Shown: positions 18,870-27,248 of the stretch, in pieces | Layout: each line of letters starts with the position of its first letter | Numbering within the stretch: the first letter of the stretch is position 1 | NCBI GenBank assembly: GCA_027729805.1 | Contig: JAQCEO010000001.1 | Location: 10,621-74,620 of the forward strand | DNA: 64,000 nucleotides | Direction: 5' to 3' | Origin: Actinomycetota bacterium | GTDB lineage: Bacteria; Actinomycetota; Actinomycetes; S36-B12 | Position numbers and translations under genes: made by a program | Notes under the pieces: generated by a model | Seen by the model: the letters and a program-made list of their open reading frames with translations, nothing else | What the model was told of the DNA's origin: nothing | Database searches by the model: none

Positions 18870-19391
18870 TCAGGGCTCGGCCGACTCTTCACTCGGGCCG
18901 TCGAGGGATTTCAGCCGTTCGGCGATCGCATCGGCCATGCTCGTGTTGCCGGCTGCCCGAAACCGTTCTTCGGCGCGGGTGAAGCAGGCCGACGCCTCGA
19001 CGCGATTGCCTTGGCGGGCCAGCACGACTCCGAGGTTGTATTCGAACACGGGCGACGCGGGGTCGAGCCGTACGGCCCGGCGGAAGGCGCCGACGGCCTC
19101 TTCGAGCCGGCCGATCCGCTCGAGCACGCTGCCGAGATTGTTGGCCGCCACCGCCGCACGGGGGTCGCCATCCACGGCCCGGCGGTAGGCTGCCGCCGCC
19201 TCGTCGAGTCGTCCGGCGGCATCGAGCGCGCGGCCGAGCGTCATCGCCGCCGCCGACCCGCCGCCACCGGCCTCGGCCTTGAAGTTGTCACCGGAGGGAG
19301 AGAGACATTTCCCAACGACGTTCTCCAAGATCGGAATCACTCGTTGGGAAATGTCTCTCTCCCTCCTCGCAACGTCCATCGCATGACTCAA
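18870..19391 (-). CDS. TPR-repeat protein fragment (native 5' end missing; the first ~37 codons of the ORF come from the repeat/hairpin and host DNA)
   Basis: About three TPR-like units (AYRRAVDGDP..., AFRRAVRLDP..., ACFTRAEE...). The ORF crosses the 19280/19281 junction. The first in-block ATG is at 19244. Confidence 0.6.
   Translation of the reverse strand: MSHAMDVARRERDISQRVIPILENVVGKCLSPSGDNFKAEAGGGGSAAAMTLGRALDAAGRLDEAAAAYRRAVDGDPRAAVAANNLGSVLERIGRLEEAVGAFRRAVRLDPASPVFEYNLGVVLARQGNRVEASACFTRAEERFRAAGNTSMADAIAERLKSLDGPSEESAEP
19281..19316 (+). repeat. 36-nt repeat, copy 3 (34/36 identical), abutting the right edge of the GC-rich block
   Basis: gaagttGTcaccggagggagagagacatttcccaac differs from copies 1 and 2 only at positions 7-8. 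Confidence 0.95.
19341..19376 (-). repeat. Inverted copy of the 36-nt repeat (anti-repeat), forming a long hairpin with copy 3
   Basis: 19341-19366 is the exact reverse complement of 19293-19318 (26 bp), with a 22-nt loop at 19319-19340. The outer 10 positions add 7 Watson-Crick pairs and 1 G-U pair after a 2-nt bulge. Confidence 0.9.
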
Positions 19392-19466
19392 TGCTGTTTA
19401 AGAGTGCGCCTACGGTTAGGGCTCTGGAACTGTTGCTGAACCTAATCTGTGCGTCCGGATCAGGTA

Positions 19467-20657
19467 TTAGTAGGAGGGCTTAGCCGGCTCAATCTGAGCA
19501 ACCCAAGCATTGATCCCGCCACCAACATGGATGGCATCGGTGAAGCCAGCCCCATGCACAACGGCGAGGGCCTCGGCCGACCGGCCACCGACCTTGCAGT
19601 AGAGCACGATCTGCTTATCCGTTGGCAGCGACGTGAGCGCCGATCCGTCAAGGAATTGACCCTTGGGGATGAGCACAGCGCCTGGGATTTGCACAATCTC
19701 CCATTCCACCGGTTCGCGAACATCGATCAGCGCGAAGTCCCGAGCACCCACCTCGCGCTCATCAAGCATTGCCTTTAACTGCAGCACCGAGATGGTCGAG
19801 TCACGGGCGGCATTAGCCGCCTCTTCCGAAATGCTGCCGCAGAACGCCTCGTAGTCGATTAGCTCGGTGACCGTCGGGTTAGCACCGCAGACGGCGCAGT
19901 TTGGATCCTTGCGGATCTTTACCTGCCGATAAGTCATTTCGAGTGCGTCATAAATCATCAGCCGGCCAAGGAGTGGCTCACCGATCCCCGCGAGCAATTT
20001 GATGGCCTCGGTGACTTGGATCGAACCGATGGATGCACACAGCACACCGAGCACCCCACCTTCGGCGCAACTTGGCACCATGCCCGGCGGCGGCGGCTCC
20101 GGATAAAGGCAGCGGTAGCAGGGGCCGTACTCGGCCCAGAACACCGATGCCTGACCGTCAAAGCGGTAGATCGAACCCCACACATAAGGCTTGCCGAGAA
20201 GGACGCAGGCGTCGTTGACCAAATAGCGAGTCGCGAAGTTGTCGGTGCCATCAACTATCAGGTCGTACTGGGCGAACAACTCCATCACATTGGATGAGTC
20301 CAAGCGCTCTTGATGCAATTGCACATTGACATACGGGTTGGTTTCGAGCACCCGCTCCCGAGCACTCTCGGCCTTGGGTCGGCCGATGTCCTTTTGGCTA
20401 TGGATGATCTGGCGTTGCAGGTTTGATTCATCAACCACATCGAACTCAACGATGCCTAAGGTGCCGACCCCGGCGGCGGCCAGGTAGAGCAGGGCCGGGC
20501 TGCCGAGGCCACCGGCACCAACACAGAGCACCTTGGCATTTTTTAGGCGCTTTTGGCCCGCCATGCCGACATCGGGGATGATCAAGTGGCGGCTATAGCG
20601 CCGGACTTCGTCGGACGTTAACTCAGCGGCTGGGTCAACGAGTGGGGGCAGGTGCAT
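19467..20657 (-). CDS. moeZ: MoeZ/MoeB-type adenylyltransferase-sulfurtransferase (ThiF domain + C-terminal rhodanese)
   Basis: GAGGLGSP nucleotide loop, CxxC pairs, and a C-terminal rhodanese with YCKVGGRS. I prefer the start at the ATG at 20657 (MHLPPLVD...) over the extended ORF start at 20768. Confidence 0.9.
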   Translation of the reverse strand: MHLPPLVDPAAELTSDEVRRYSRHLIIPDVGMAGQKRLKNAKVLCVGAGGLGSPALLYLAAAGVGTLGIVEFDVVDESNLQRQIIHSQKDIGRPKAESARERVLETNPYVNVQLHQERLDSSNVMELFAQYDLIVDGTDNFATRYLVNDACVLLGKPYVWGSIYRFDGQASVFWAEYGPCYRCLYPEPPPPGMVPSCAEGGVLGVLCASIGSIQVTEAIKLLAGIGEPLLGRLMIYDALEMTYRQVKIRKDPNCAVCGANPTVTELIDYEAFCGSISEEAANAARDSTISVLQLKAMLDEREVGARDFALIDVREPVEWEIVQIPGAVLIPKGQFLDGSALTSLPTDKQIVLYCKVGGRSAEALAVVHGAGFTDAIHVGGGINAWVAQIEPAKPSY

Positions 20658-20796
20658 GCCCAGCACCTTAACCAGTGGTGTACTCGAACCAATTGTCCAC
20701 GCCCTGCAATTGCGAATCCGAGGCAAGACGCAGGCTTCGGGGTAAAAACCTTCGGCTCGATGAGCCACTTACCGTGACCTGACCTAGCATCGGCAG

Positions 20797-21750
20797 ATGC
20801 TTAGTTCTCAGTGGGTGACCTTGCTGGCTGCGGTAGCAGTATCGGGATCCCTTGGATTTATTTCACCCGCCGCGGCAGCGCCATCTGTTCCTGGCATCCC
20901 TGCGGCAATCGAACAGGTTTACGACGGGCGAGATCTTAAGATCCGAAAGGACCTTGGCGGCACCTCGGCATATACCCGACATGCGGTCACCTACGAAAGT
21001 GGCGAGCTGACGATTACCGGGATCATGAATAAGCCTCGCGGCAAAGGCCCGTTCCCGGTGGTGGTGTTGGCCCACGGCTATATCGATCCGAAGGTGTACG
21101 TCACCGGGCAGGGTTTTCGGCGAGAGCAGGATTGGCTTGCTCGAAATGGCTATATCGCTTTTCATATTGATTACCGCAATCACGCAGGCTCGGATAAGGA
21201 TCCGGCGGCCGACACCTCAATGCGGCTCGGCTACGCGGCGGATGTAATTAATGCCGGGTTGGCGGTGCGAGAATCGACACTTCCTTTCATCGATAACGAT
21301 CGCCTTGCACTGCTCGGCCGCTCCATGGGCGGCGGAGTGGCTTTCCAAGCACTGGTGATTCGACCCGGGGTGTTTAATGCCGCGATCACCTATGCGGCGA
21401 CTAGTTCAAACACGGTGGATAATTTCAATAAGTGGCAGCGGTACGACAGTTCATTCGGCCGCACCATCATCGCAAAGTATGGGAGCCCAGAGGCGGCCCC
21501 TGAAGTCTGGCGAACAATGTCGGCGCGCACCTATTTTGCTCGAGTGACGGAACCAATTTTAATGTTCCACGGCACCGCGGATGAAAGCTGCGACATCGCG
21601 TGGGCGCGGGCCACCGAGGCCGCCCTAACCAGCGCCGGCAAGGATGCCACCCTTGTGGAATACAAGAATGCCGGCCACTACTTTTACGGCCCCTGGGGCG
21701 ACACCATTAAGCGGGTCGACAAATTTTTAAGTAAGCACCTCGGGGTTTAA
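20797..21750 (+). CDS. Secreted alpha/beta hydrolase (S9 peptidase / dienelactone-hydrolase-like esterase)
   Basis: Signal-peptide-like N-terminus, nucleophile elbow GRSMGG, and a late HGTADE motif. Confidence 0.7.
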   Translation: MLSSQWVTLLAAVAVSGSLGFISPAAAAPSVPGIPAAIEQVYDGRDLKIRKDLGGTSAYTRHAVTYESGELTITGIMNKPRGKGPFPVVVLAHGYIDPKVYVTGQGFRREQDWLARNGYIAFHIDYRNHAGSDKDPAADTSMRLGYAADVINAGLAVRESTLPFIDNDRLALLGRSMGGGVAFQALVIRPGVFNAAITYAATSSNTVDNFNKWQRYDSSFGRTIIAKYGSPEAAPEVWRTMSARTYFARVTEPILMFHGTADESCDIAWARATEAALTSAGKDATLVEYKNAGHYFYGPWGDTIKRVDKFLSKHLGV

Positions 21751-21841
21751 CGGCGCCAATCGGGCGAGCGAGCCGCGTGACACTGTCTCTTTGCTATCCG
21801 AAAACCGATGGCCGCGCATTGCAATTACATTATCAAAAATT

Positions 21842-24800
21842 CTAGGATGCCTTTTCGGCGATCGGGCGGTCCGCACTGGAAGTGCCACCTTGTGCTACCA
21901 GGTTGCGCAGCACGCGAAGGGCCACCGATAAAGCCGCAAGATCGGTGTCCTCTTGATCCGATATCTCCTGCAAGGTGGCACGGGCTCGGCCCAGGCCGGC
22001 CTGATGGACCGTTTCCCAGGCTTGAATTCGAGCAAGCGGGTCCAACTCGGGGCTCGTCGACCTGATGACACGAGCGGTCAAGGCGGAGATAACCCCGTAG
22101 AGGTCACTGCGCAGGGCCTGGCGCGCCAGGGCCGTCCAACGGTCACCGCGCGGCAGGGCGGTAATACGTAGCAGCAATTGATCCACGTCATAGCGTTCGG
22201 AGATGGTGAAATAAAGGGGTAGCACGCTGGCGACATCCTCGCCCGTGCGCCCGGCGATCTCGCGAATATCAAGGAGCGAGAACGTATCTATTGCCCCCGC
22301 TGCGATATCGGCAAGATCGGCGGGTGCACCAGCCGCTAAGAACCGCTTACTAAGTGCTAGCCAGCGGTCGGCTTCACCGCCCCGCAATGACTCGGGCACC
22401 TTGCCGGAGTAGTCGCGGACAGTGGGCGCAAACCTGGCGATCTGCTCGGCAACGTCGATCGAGGTACCGCGGGTTTGCAGGAACCAGCGGGTGGCCCGGT
22501 CTAAAAGCCGACGGATCTCCAGGTGGAGTTGAACCTGGGCCGCCGCCGGTATCAGATCGTCCTGGGCATCGATCGCATCCATGAGTTGAGCAATACCGAA
22601 AATCTCAATAGCCGCGGAGGCGGCTCGCACCACATCAAGAGCCGTCGCACCGGTTTCTTCCATCGCCCGGAAGACCAAGGTGATACCACCGAGGTTGATG
22701 ACGCGGTTGCAGGTAACCGTGCTGATGATCTGTGCCCGCAGTGGATGGGTTGCTAGTTGTTTACCGAACTTCTCGGCGAGCAGCGCCGGGAAATAACGCC
22801 GCACCGCGATCTCGAACCACGGATCATCGCCCAAACCTGCCTCGGTTAGCTCAGCGGTCAACGAGATTTTCGCGTAGGCGAGCAGCACGGCGAGCTCTGG
22901 TGACGTCAGGCCTTCACCGGCTTGTTGCCGGGTATGAAACTCCTGATCATCTGGTAGGTAGTCAAGAGCCCGATTAAGTAACCCTCGGCGCTCAAGATCC
23001 TCAACCATCCGCAGGTGCACACTAATCAGCGCCGCGGCCCCGGCGCGGGCATTGCCCAAGGTCACGTTCTGGCCGTAGTTATCGGCCAGCACCAGGGCCG
23101 CGACATCATCGGTCATCTCGGTTAGCAACCCATTGCGCTCATCGACACTGAGCTCACCAGCCCGCACAAACTCGTCAAGTAAAATCTTGATATTCACCTC
23201 GTGGTCGGAGGTGTCAACGCCGGCGGAATTATCGATGGCATCGGTGTTTAACCGAATACCAGCTCTGGCGGCTTCAACCCGGCCCAGTTGGGTCAGGCCC
23301 AGGTTGCCGCCCTCACCGACCACCCGGCAGCGCAACTCATTGCCATTTAGCCGCACCGGATCATTGGCCTTGTCGCCCACATCAGCATTGGTCTGGGACT
23401 GGGCTTTCACATAGGTGCCGATACCGCCATTCCAGAGCAGGTCAACGGGGGCTGCCAAGATTGCGCGCACCACCTCATTTGGTGTTAGTGAAATCCCCTC
23501 ACTCGCACCGCCTTCGGCGCTGTCAATACCAAGGGCGGCGCAGGCCTGCGGCGATAACTTGATGGACTTCTCCGAGCGTGAATAGATACCGCCGCCGGCG
23601 GAGATGAGTTCGGCGTGGTAATCGGCCCAGCTAGAACGCGGCAGCGCGAGCAACCGCTGCCGCTCGGTGAATGAATTCACCGGATTTGGGTTTGGATCAA
23701 TAAATATGTCGCGATGGTCAAAGGCCGCCACCAACTTGATGTGGTCACTGAGCAGCATCCCGTTCCCGAAAACATCGCCGCCCATGTCACCGACGCCCAC
23801 CACGGTGAAATCTTGGGTTTGGGTGTTTAGACCCAACTCCCGAAAATGCCGTTTCACCGACTCCCAAGCACCGCGCGCGGTAATCCCCATTGCCTTGTGG
23901 TCATAGCCCTGGGAGCCGCCCGAGGCGAAGGCATCACCCAGCCAAAAGCCGTATTCCCCGGCGATCTCATTGGCCAGATCGGAGAAGGTTGCGGTGCCTT
24001 TATCGGCCGCCACCACCAGGTAGGTGTCATCCCCATCGCGCCTTACCACATCCGCCGGTGGCACCACGGCGCCCCCGACCAAATTGTCGGTAACGTCGAG
24101 CAGCGCGGAGATGAACTCGCGGTAGGCCGCCTTACCCTCGGTCAGCCAGCCATCGCGATCTACCGCCGGGTCAGGTAGGTACACCGGATAGAAGCCCCCC
24201 TTGGCACCGACCGGCACGATCACCGCATTTTTCACCTCTTGGGCTTTGACCAAACCGAGCACCTCGGTGCGGAAGTCCTCGCGCCGGTCACTCCACCGCA
24301 GCCCACCGCGAGCCACTCGGCCAAAGCGCAGGTGAACACCTTCGACCCGCGGCGAATAAACCCAGATCTCAAACATCGGTTTCGGCAGCGGTAAATCCGG
24401 TATCAGCTTCGGTTCTAGTTTGATCGCAAATGCCTTACGCGCTTTGCCGGTATTGGCATAGGCATTAGTGCGCAAAGTAGCACGAATCAAAGTTAGGAAA
24501 CTACGAAAGATGCGGTCTTGGTCCAGACTGCGTACCTCGTTTAGGGCCTCCTCGATCCGGCCAACTGTGACCCCGGCTTGGGTTTCACGTTCGGCCGCTG
24601 ACAGCTCACCTAGGGCAAATTGCACCTCGAATAACTGCACCAGCGCCGAGCTGATCAGCGCATTCGAAAGTATCGTCTCCTGTAAATAATCCTGACTAAA
24701 TGCTGAGCCGATCTGGCGCAGGTACCGGGCATAGGCACGAATAATCACCACCTGATCCCACCGCAGACCCGCACCCACAACTAACCCGTTGAAGGCGTCG

Positions 24801-26710
24801 GTCTCGCACTCCCCTTGCCATGCGGCGCGGAAGGTGTCCGCAAATCGAGCTGCAAGCGTCTGGCGATCACTCACGCCCTCCGCAGGCAATAACAGGCCGA
24901 AGTCAAGGATCCAAGCGGACTCCTGCCGGGCCGGTTTGATCTCGTGCGGATGCTCATCGATTACTTCAACACCCATCAACTGCAAGGTCGGCAGGATGCG
25001 GGACAATGACATTGCACTGCCAACGCGCATGACCGAAAATCTCATCGCGCGGTCATCGGACTCGTCCAGACGATAAAGGCGAAGTGACAACTCCCCAGCT
25101 GGTAAATCTCGAAGAATCAACACATCGCTGACCGCAGCAGCGCCGCCGAACTGCTCCTTATATGCCTCCGGGAACGCCTCACTGTATTGGTGAAGTAGCG
25201 GGGCGGCCGCTGTCTCACCTACCTCATCAACAATTACCGAGGTGAAGTCGTCCTCCCAACTGCGGGCCGCCGCGGCCAACTTCAATTCCAGGGCTGGGAT
25301 ATCTATTGGGCCAAGTTCCGCCCCTGGAGCAAGCCGCACCACGTAGTGCAAGCGGGCGAGTACTGACTCACTAACGCGAGCGGTGTAGTCAACACTGACA
25401 CCGTCAAAGGCTTCGACCAGAAGGCGCTCAATTCGCAGTCGGACCGCGGTCGTATATCTATCCCGGGGTAGGTAAACCAAACAGGACACGAATCTTTCAT
25501 AGTCATCGACCCGGACAAATAGCCGAGTTTGACGGCGCTCCTGCAAGTGCATGACCGAGGCCGACAACTCCACTAGTTCGCCGGCGTGCGTTTGGAAGAA
25601 TTCATCGCGTGGGTAGGTCTCCAAGAACTGCAGCAGATCCTTGGCGCGATGTGAGCCGACTACAAGTTGTAGATCATCCAGCACGCGCTGGTAGCGCACG
25701 CGTAGTACCGGCACGTCCGCGATGCTCTCCGTCTGCGCCGCGGCCGTTAGTAAACCGAGGAACCGCTTCTCCCCGGTGATCTGACCGGCTGCGTCGAAGA
25801 CTTTGATCCCGAAGTAATCCAAGTAGGCATTGCGGTGCACAGTTGAGCGCGAGTTCGTCTTTGTAAGCACCAGCAGTCGGTTCTCGCGGGCTTTTCGGCG
25901 CGCCGCGGTCGGCAGTACCGCGCCAGCTGCGGATTCCGGTCCAGCTGTTGGTTCTTGGCGCAAGATTCCGAGCCCGGTGCCAGGTACCGGCACCAGTGCC
26001 TCCTGCCCGTCGACGCTGGCGAGGGCATATTCACGGTAGCCGAGGAACGTCAGGTTGTCTTGCGTCAACCAGCGCAGAAGTTCGGCGCCCTCCTCGACTT
26101 CTGCTAACGGCAAAGTCATCGGGGGGTTCGCGACAAGTGCCGCCGCGATCTCCTGCGCCTTGGCCCGCATCGGCAGCCAGTCAGCATTGGCCACACGGAC
26201 ATCGCCAAGAATTTGCGTCAATCGGTTCGCGGTCGACTTGCCATCGGGGTGCAGGTAATCGCGATCCATGTCGATGCGCATCCAGGACTCCGCGATCGCA
26301 TCCGCGGGCCGATCCTGATCAACATCGATATCGAGGACCTCCAACAACTGCCCAGCTGCATCCCTGCGCACAACCAATTGCGGGTGAATGATCAACCGCA
26401 CCGACCTACCCTCAAGGCTGAGCTCACCGGAAACTGAATCAACCAGGAACGGCATGTCATCGGTGACCACCATGGCCACGGTGAACGGTGCATCATCTGC
26501 GTCTCGCACCTCAACAAGTGGCGTGTCGACCGGGCGCACCTGCGCGAAAGCGCGCAGTTGCTCAACCTGGGCGATCAAGGCCTGCGTTGAGTAGGCGGCG
26601 ACATCCGCGCGGGCCACGAATCTAAAGAACCTGCGACATAGGGTCCGCAAGCGCGGATCCGGGATGCGATCAATAGCAGCACTCAGACCGGCATCAACTA
26701 CTTCCGTCAC
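21842..26710 (-). CDS. gdh: NAD-specific glutamate dehydrogenase, large (~180 kDa) type
   Basis: 1622 aa. Central catalytic block ARGGLRWSDRREDFRTEVLGLVKAQEVKNAVIVPVGAKGGF is typical of large bacterial GDH. Confidence 0.9.
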   Translation of the reverse strand: MTEVVDAGLSAAIDRIPDPRLRTLCRRFFRFVARADVAAYSTQALIAQVEQLRAFAQVRPVDTPLVEVRDADDAPFTVAMVVTDDMPFLVDSVSGELSLEGRSVRLIIHPQLVVRRDAAGQLLEVLDIDVDQDRPADAIAESWMRIDMDRDYLHPDGKSTANRLTQILGDVRVANADWLPMRAKAQEIAAALVANPPMTLPLAEVEEGAELLRWLTQDNLTFLGYREYALASVDGQEALVPVPGTGLGILRQEPTAGPESAAGAVLPTAARRKARENRLLVLTKTNSRSTVHRNAYLDYFGIKVFDAAGQITGEKRFLGLLTAAAQTESIADVPVLRVRYQRVLDDLQLVVGSHRAKDLLQFLETYPRDEFFQTHAGELVELSASVMHLQERRQTRLFVRVDDYERFVSCLVYLPRDRYTTAVRLRIERLLVEAFDGVSVDYTARVSESVLARLHYVVRLAPGAELGPIDIPALELKLAAAARSWEDDFTSVIVDEVGETAAAPLLHQYSEAFPEAYKEQFGGAAAVSDVLILRDLPAGELSLRLYRLDESDDRAMRFSVMRVGSAMSLSRILPTLQLMGVEVIDEHPHEIKPARQESAWILDFGLLLPAEGVSDRQTLAARFADTFRAAWQGECETDAFNGLVVGAGLRWDQVVIIRAYARYLRQIGSAFSQDYLQETILSNALISSALVQLFEVQFALGELSAAERETQAGVTVGRIEEALNEVRSLDQDRIFRSFLTLIRATLRTNAYANTGKARKAFAIKLEPKLIPDLPLPKPMFEIWVYSPRVEGVHLRFGRVARGGLRWSDRREDFRTEVLGLVKAQEVKNAVIVPVGAKGGFYPVYLPDPAVDRDGWLTEGKAAYREFISALLDVTDNLVGGAVVPPADVVRRDGDDTYLVVAADKGTATFSDLANEIAGEYGFWLGDAFASGGSQGYDHKAMGITARGAWESVKRHFRELGLNTQTQDFTVVGVGDMGGDVFGNGMLLSDHIKLVAAFDHRDIFIDPNPNPVNSFTERQRLLALPRSSWADYHAELISAGGGIYSRSEKSIKLSPQACAALGIDSAEGGASEGISLTPNEVVRAILAAPVDLLWNGGIGTYVKAQSQTNADVGDKANDPVRLNGNELRCRVVGEGGNLGLTQLGRVEAARAGIRLNTDAIDNSAGVDTSDHEVNIKILLDEFVRAGELSVDERNGLLTEMTDDVAALVLADNYGQNVTLGNARAGAAALISVHLRMVEDLERRGLLNRALDYLPDDQEFHTRQQAGEGLTSPELAVLLAYAKISLTAELTEAGLGDDPWFEIAVRRYFPALLAEKFGKQLATHPLRAQIISTVTCNRVINLGGITLVFRAMEETGATALDVVRAASAAIEIFGIAQLMDAIDAQDDLIPAAAQVQLHLEIRRLLDRATRWFLQTRGTSIDVAEQIARFAPTVRDYSGKVPESLRGGEADRWLALSKRFLAAGAPADLADIAAGAIDTFSLLDIREIAGRTGEDVASVLPLYFTISERYDVDQLLLRITALPRGDRWTALARQALRSDLYGVISALTARVIRSTSPELDPLARIQAWETVHQAGLGRARATLQEISDQEDTDLAALSVALRVLRNLVAQGGTSSADRPIAEKAS

Positions 26711-26741
26711 ATCGCTACGCTAGCCGAAGGAGGCCCAAGCG

Positions 26742-27248
26742 ATGACTACGACCTTAGATGTGCACCAGAGTTTCCCCGGATCGATAGATCAAGTGCGCGC
26801 CATGCTCACTGATCCGGACTACGCCCGTGATCGCGCTGAGCAAACCGGCTCCATCTCGTGCGAGGTGACCGTGACCCCCGGTGCCGGTGGAGCAACCGAG
26901 ATCACCACGGTTCGGGTTTTTCCCGCTGATTTGCCATCTTTTGCGTCGGCTATGGTAGGTGCAAACGTAGAAGTGACCGAGCACCAAACCTGGGCGCCGA
27001 TCACGGGTGACTCCTGCACCGCACCATTTACGGTGTCCTTCTCCGCGCCCCTGGCGGCCACCGGGGTAATCACTTTGACTACGTCCGATACCCAAACGTC
27101 CGGTAACCAAACGTCCGCCCACGTCACCGCTACGATTAAGTCAACCGTGCCATTTGTCGGTGGAAAACTTGAAAAAATGGTGCAGGACCAACTGATCCGG
27201 TACCTAGAAAAAGATGAGGAACTCGGTCGCGACTGGTTGCACCGCTAG
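26742..27248 (+). CDS. SRPBCC-fold / DUF2505-like protein
   Basis: 168 aa. The N-terminus resembles DUF2505 family members (recollection only). Confidence 0.5.
   Translation: MTTTLDVHQSFPGSIDQVRAMLTDPDYARDRAEQTGSISCEVTVTPGAGGATEITTVRVFPADLPSFASAMVGANVEVTEHQTWAPITGDSCTAPFTVSFSAPLAATGVITLTTSDTQTSGNQTSAHVTATIKSTVPFVGGKLEKMVQDQLIRYLEKDEELGRDWLHR

Larger units (their letters stand above)
16112..19376. mobile_element. Repeat-bounded foreign segment of unknown nature (captured/mobile DNA, orphan CRISPR-like locus with insert, or assembly chimera)
   Basis: Copies of the same 36-mer sit at both edges of a compositionally distinct 3,067-bp block. The terminal genes of the block are cut exactly at the repeats. 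I found no transposase, integrase, cas gene, TSD or tRNA. Confidence 0.4.

Noticed and set aside
17552-18982. 476-aa plus-strand ORF, together with 16344-17153 (+) and 17872-18777 (-), inside the GC-rich block
   Set aside because: These are antisense or alternative-frame shadows of otsA/otsB, which have clear GT20 and HAD motifs. Long spurious ORFs are expected at this GC content, and the composition is rich in Arg, Pro, Gly and His.
19293-19366. The hairpin as an integron attC site (CCCAAC / GTTGGG resemble the RYYYAAC / GTTRRRY cores)
   Set aside because: The core-like sequences sit next to the loop rather than at the outer ends of the palindrome. The flanked DNA is not a promoterless intact cassette, and no intI-like integrase or attI is present in the window.
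19281-19376. The hairpin as a rho-independent terminator of moeZ
   Set aside because: On the minus-strand transcript the stem is not followed by a U-run (the downstream sequence is ...aaggccgaggcc...). A 26-bp stem with a 22-nt loop is also far larger than typical intrinsic terminators.
16099-19390. Classical transposon signatures (terminal inverted repeats at the extreme ends, target-site duplication) or tRNA/att-type island boundaries
   Set aside because: The outermost 12 nt of the left and right repeat copies do not match in inverted orientation. The flanks (..cctcgtgccgg | ..catcgcatgac) share no direct duplication, and no tRNA-like sequence is present at either side.
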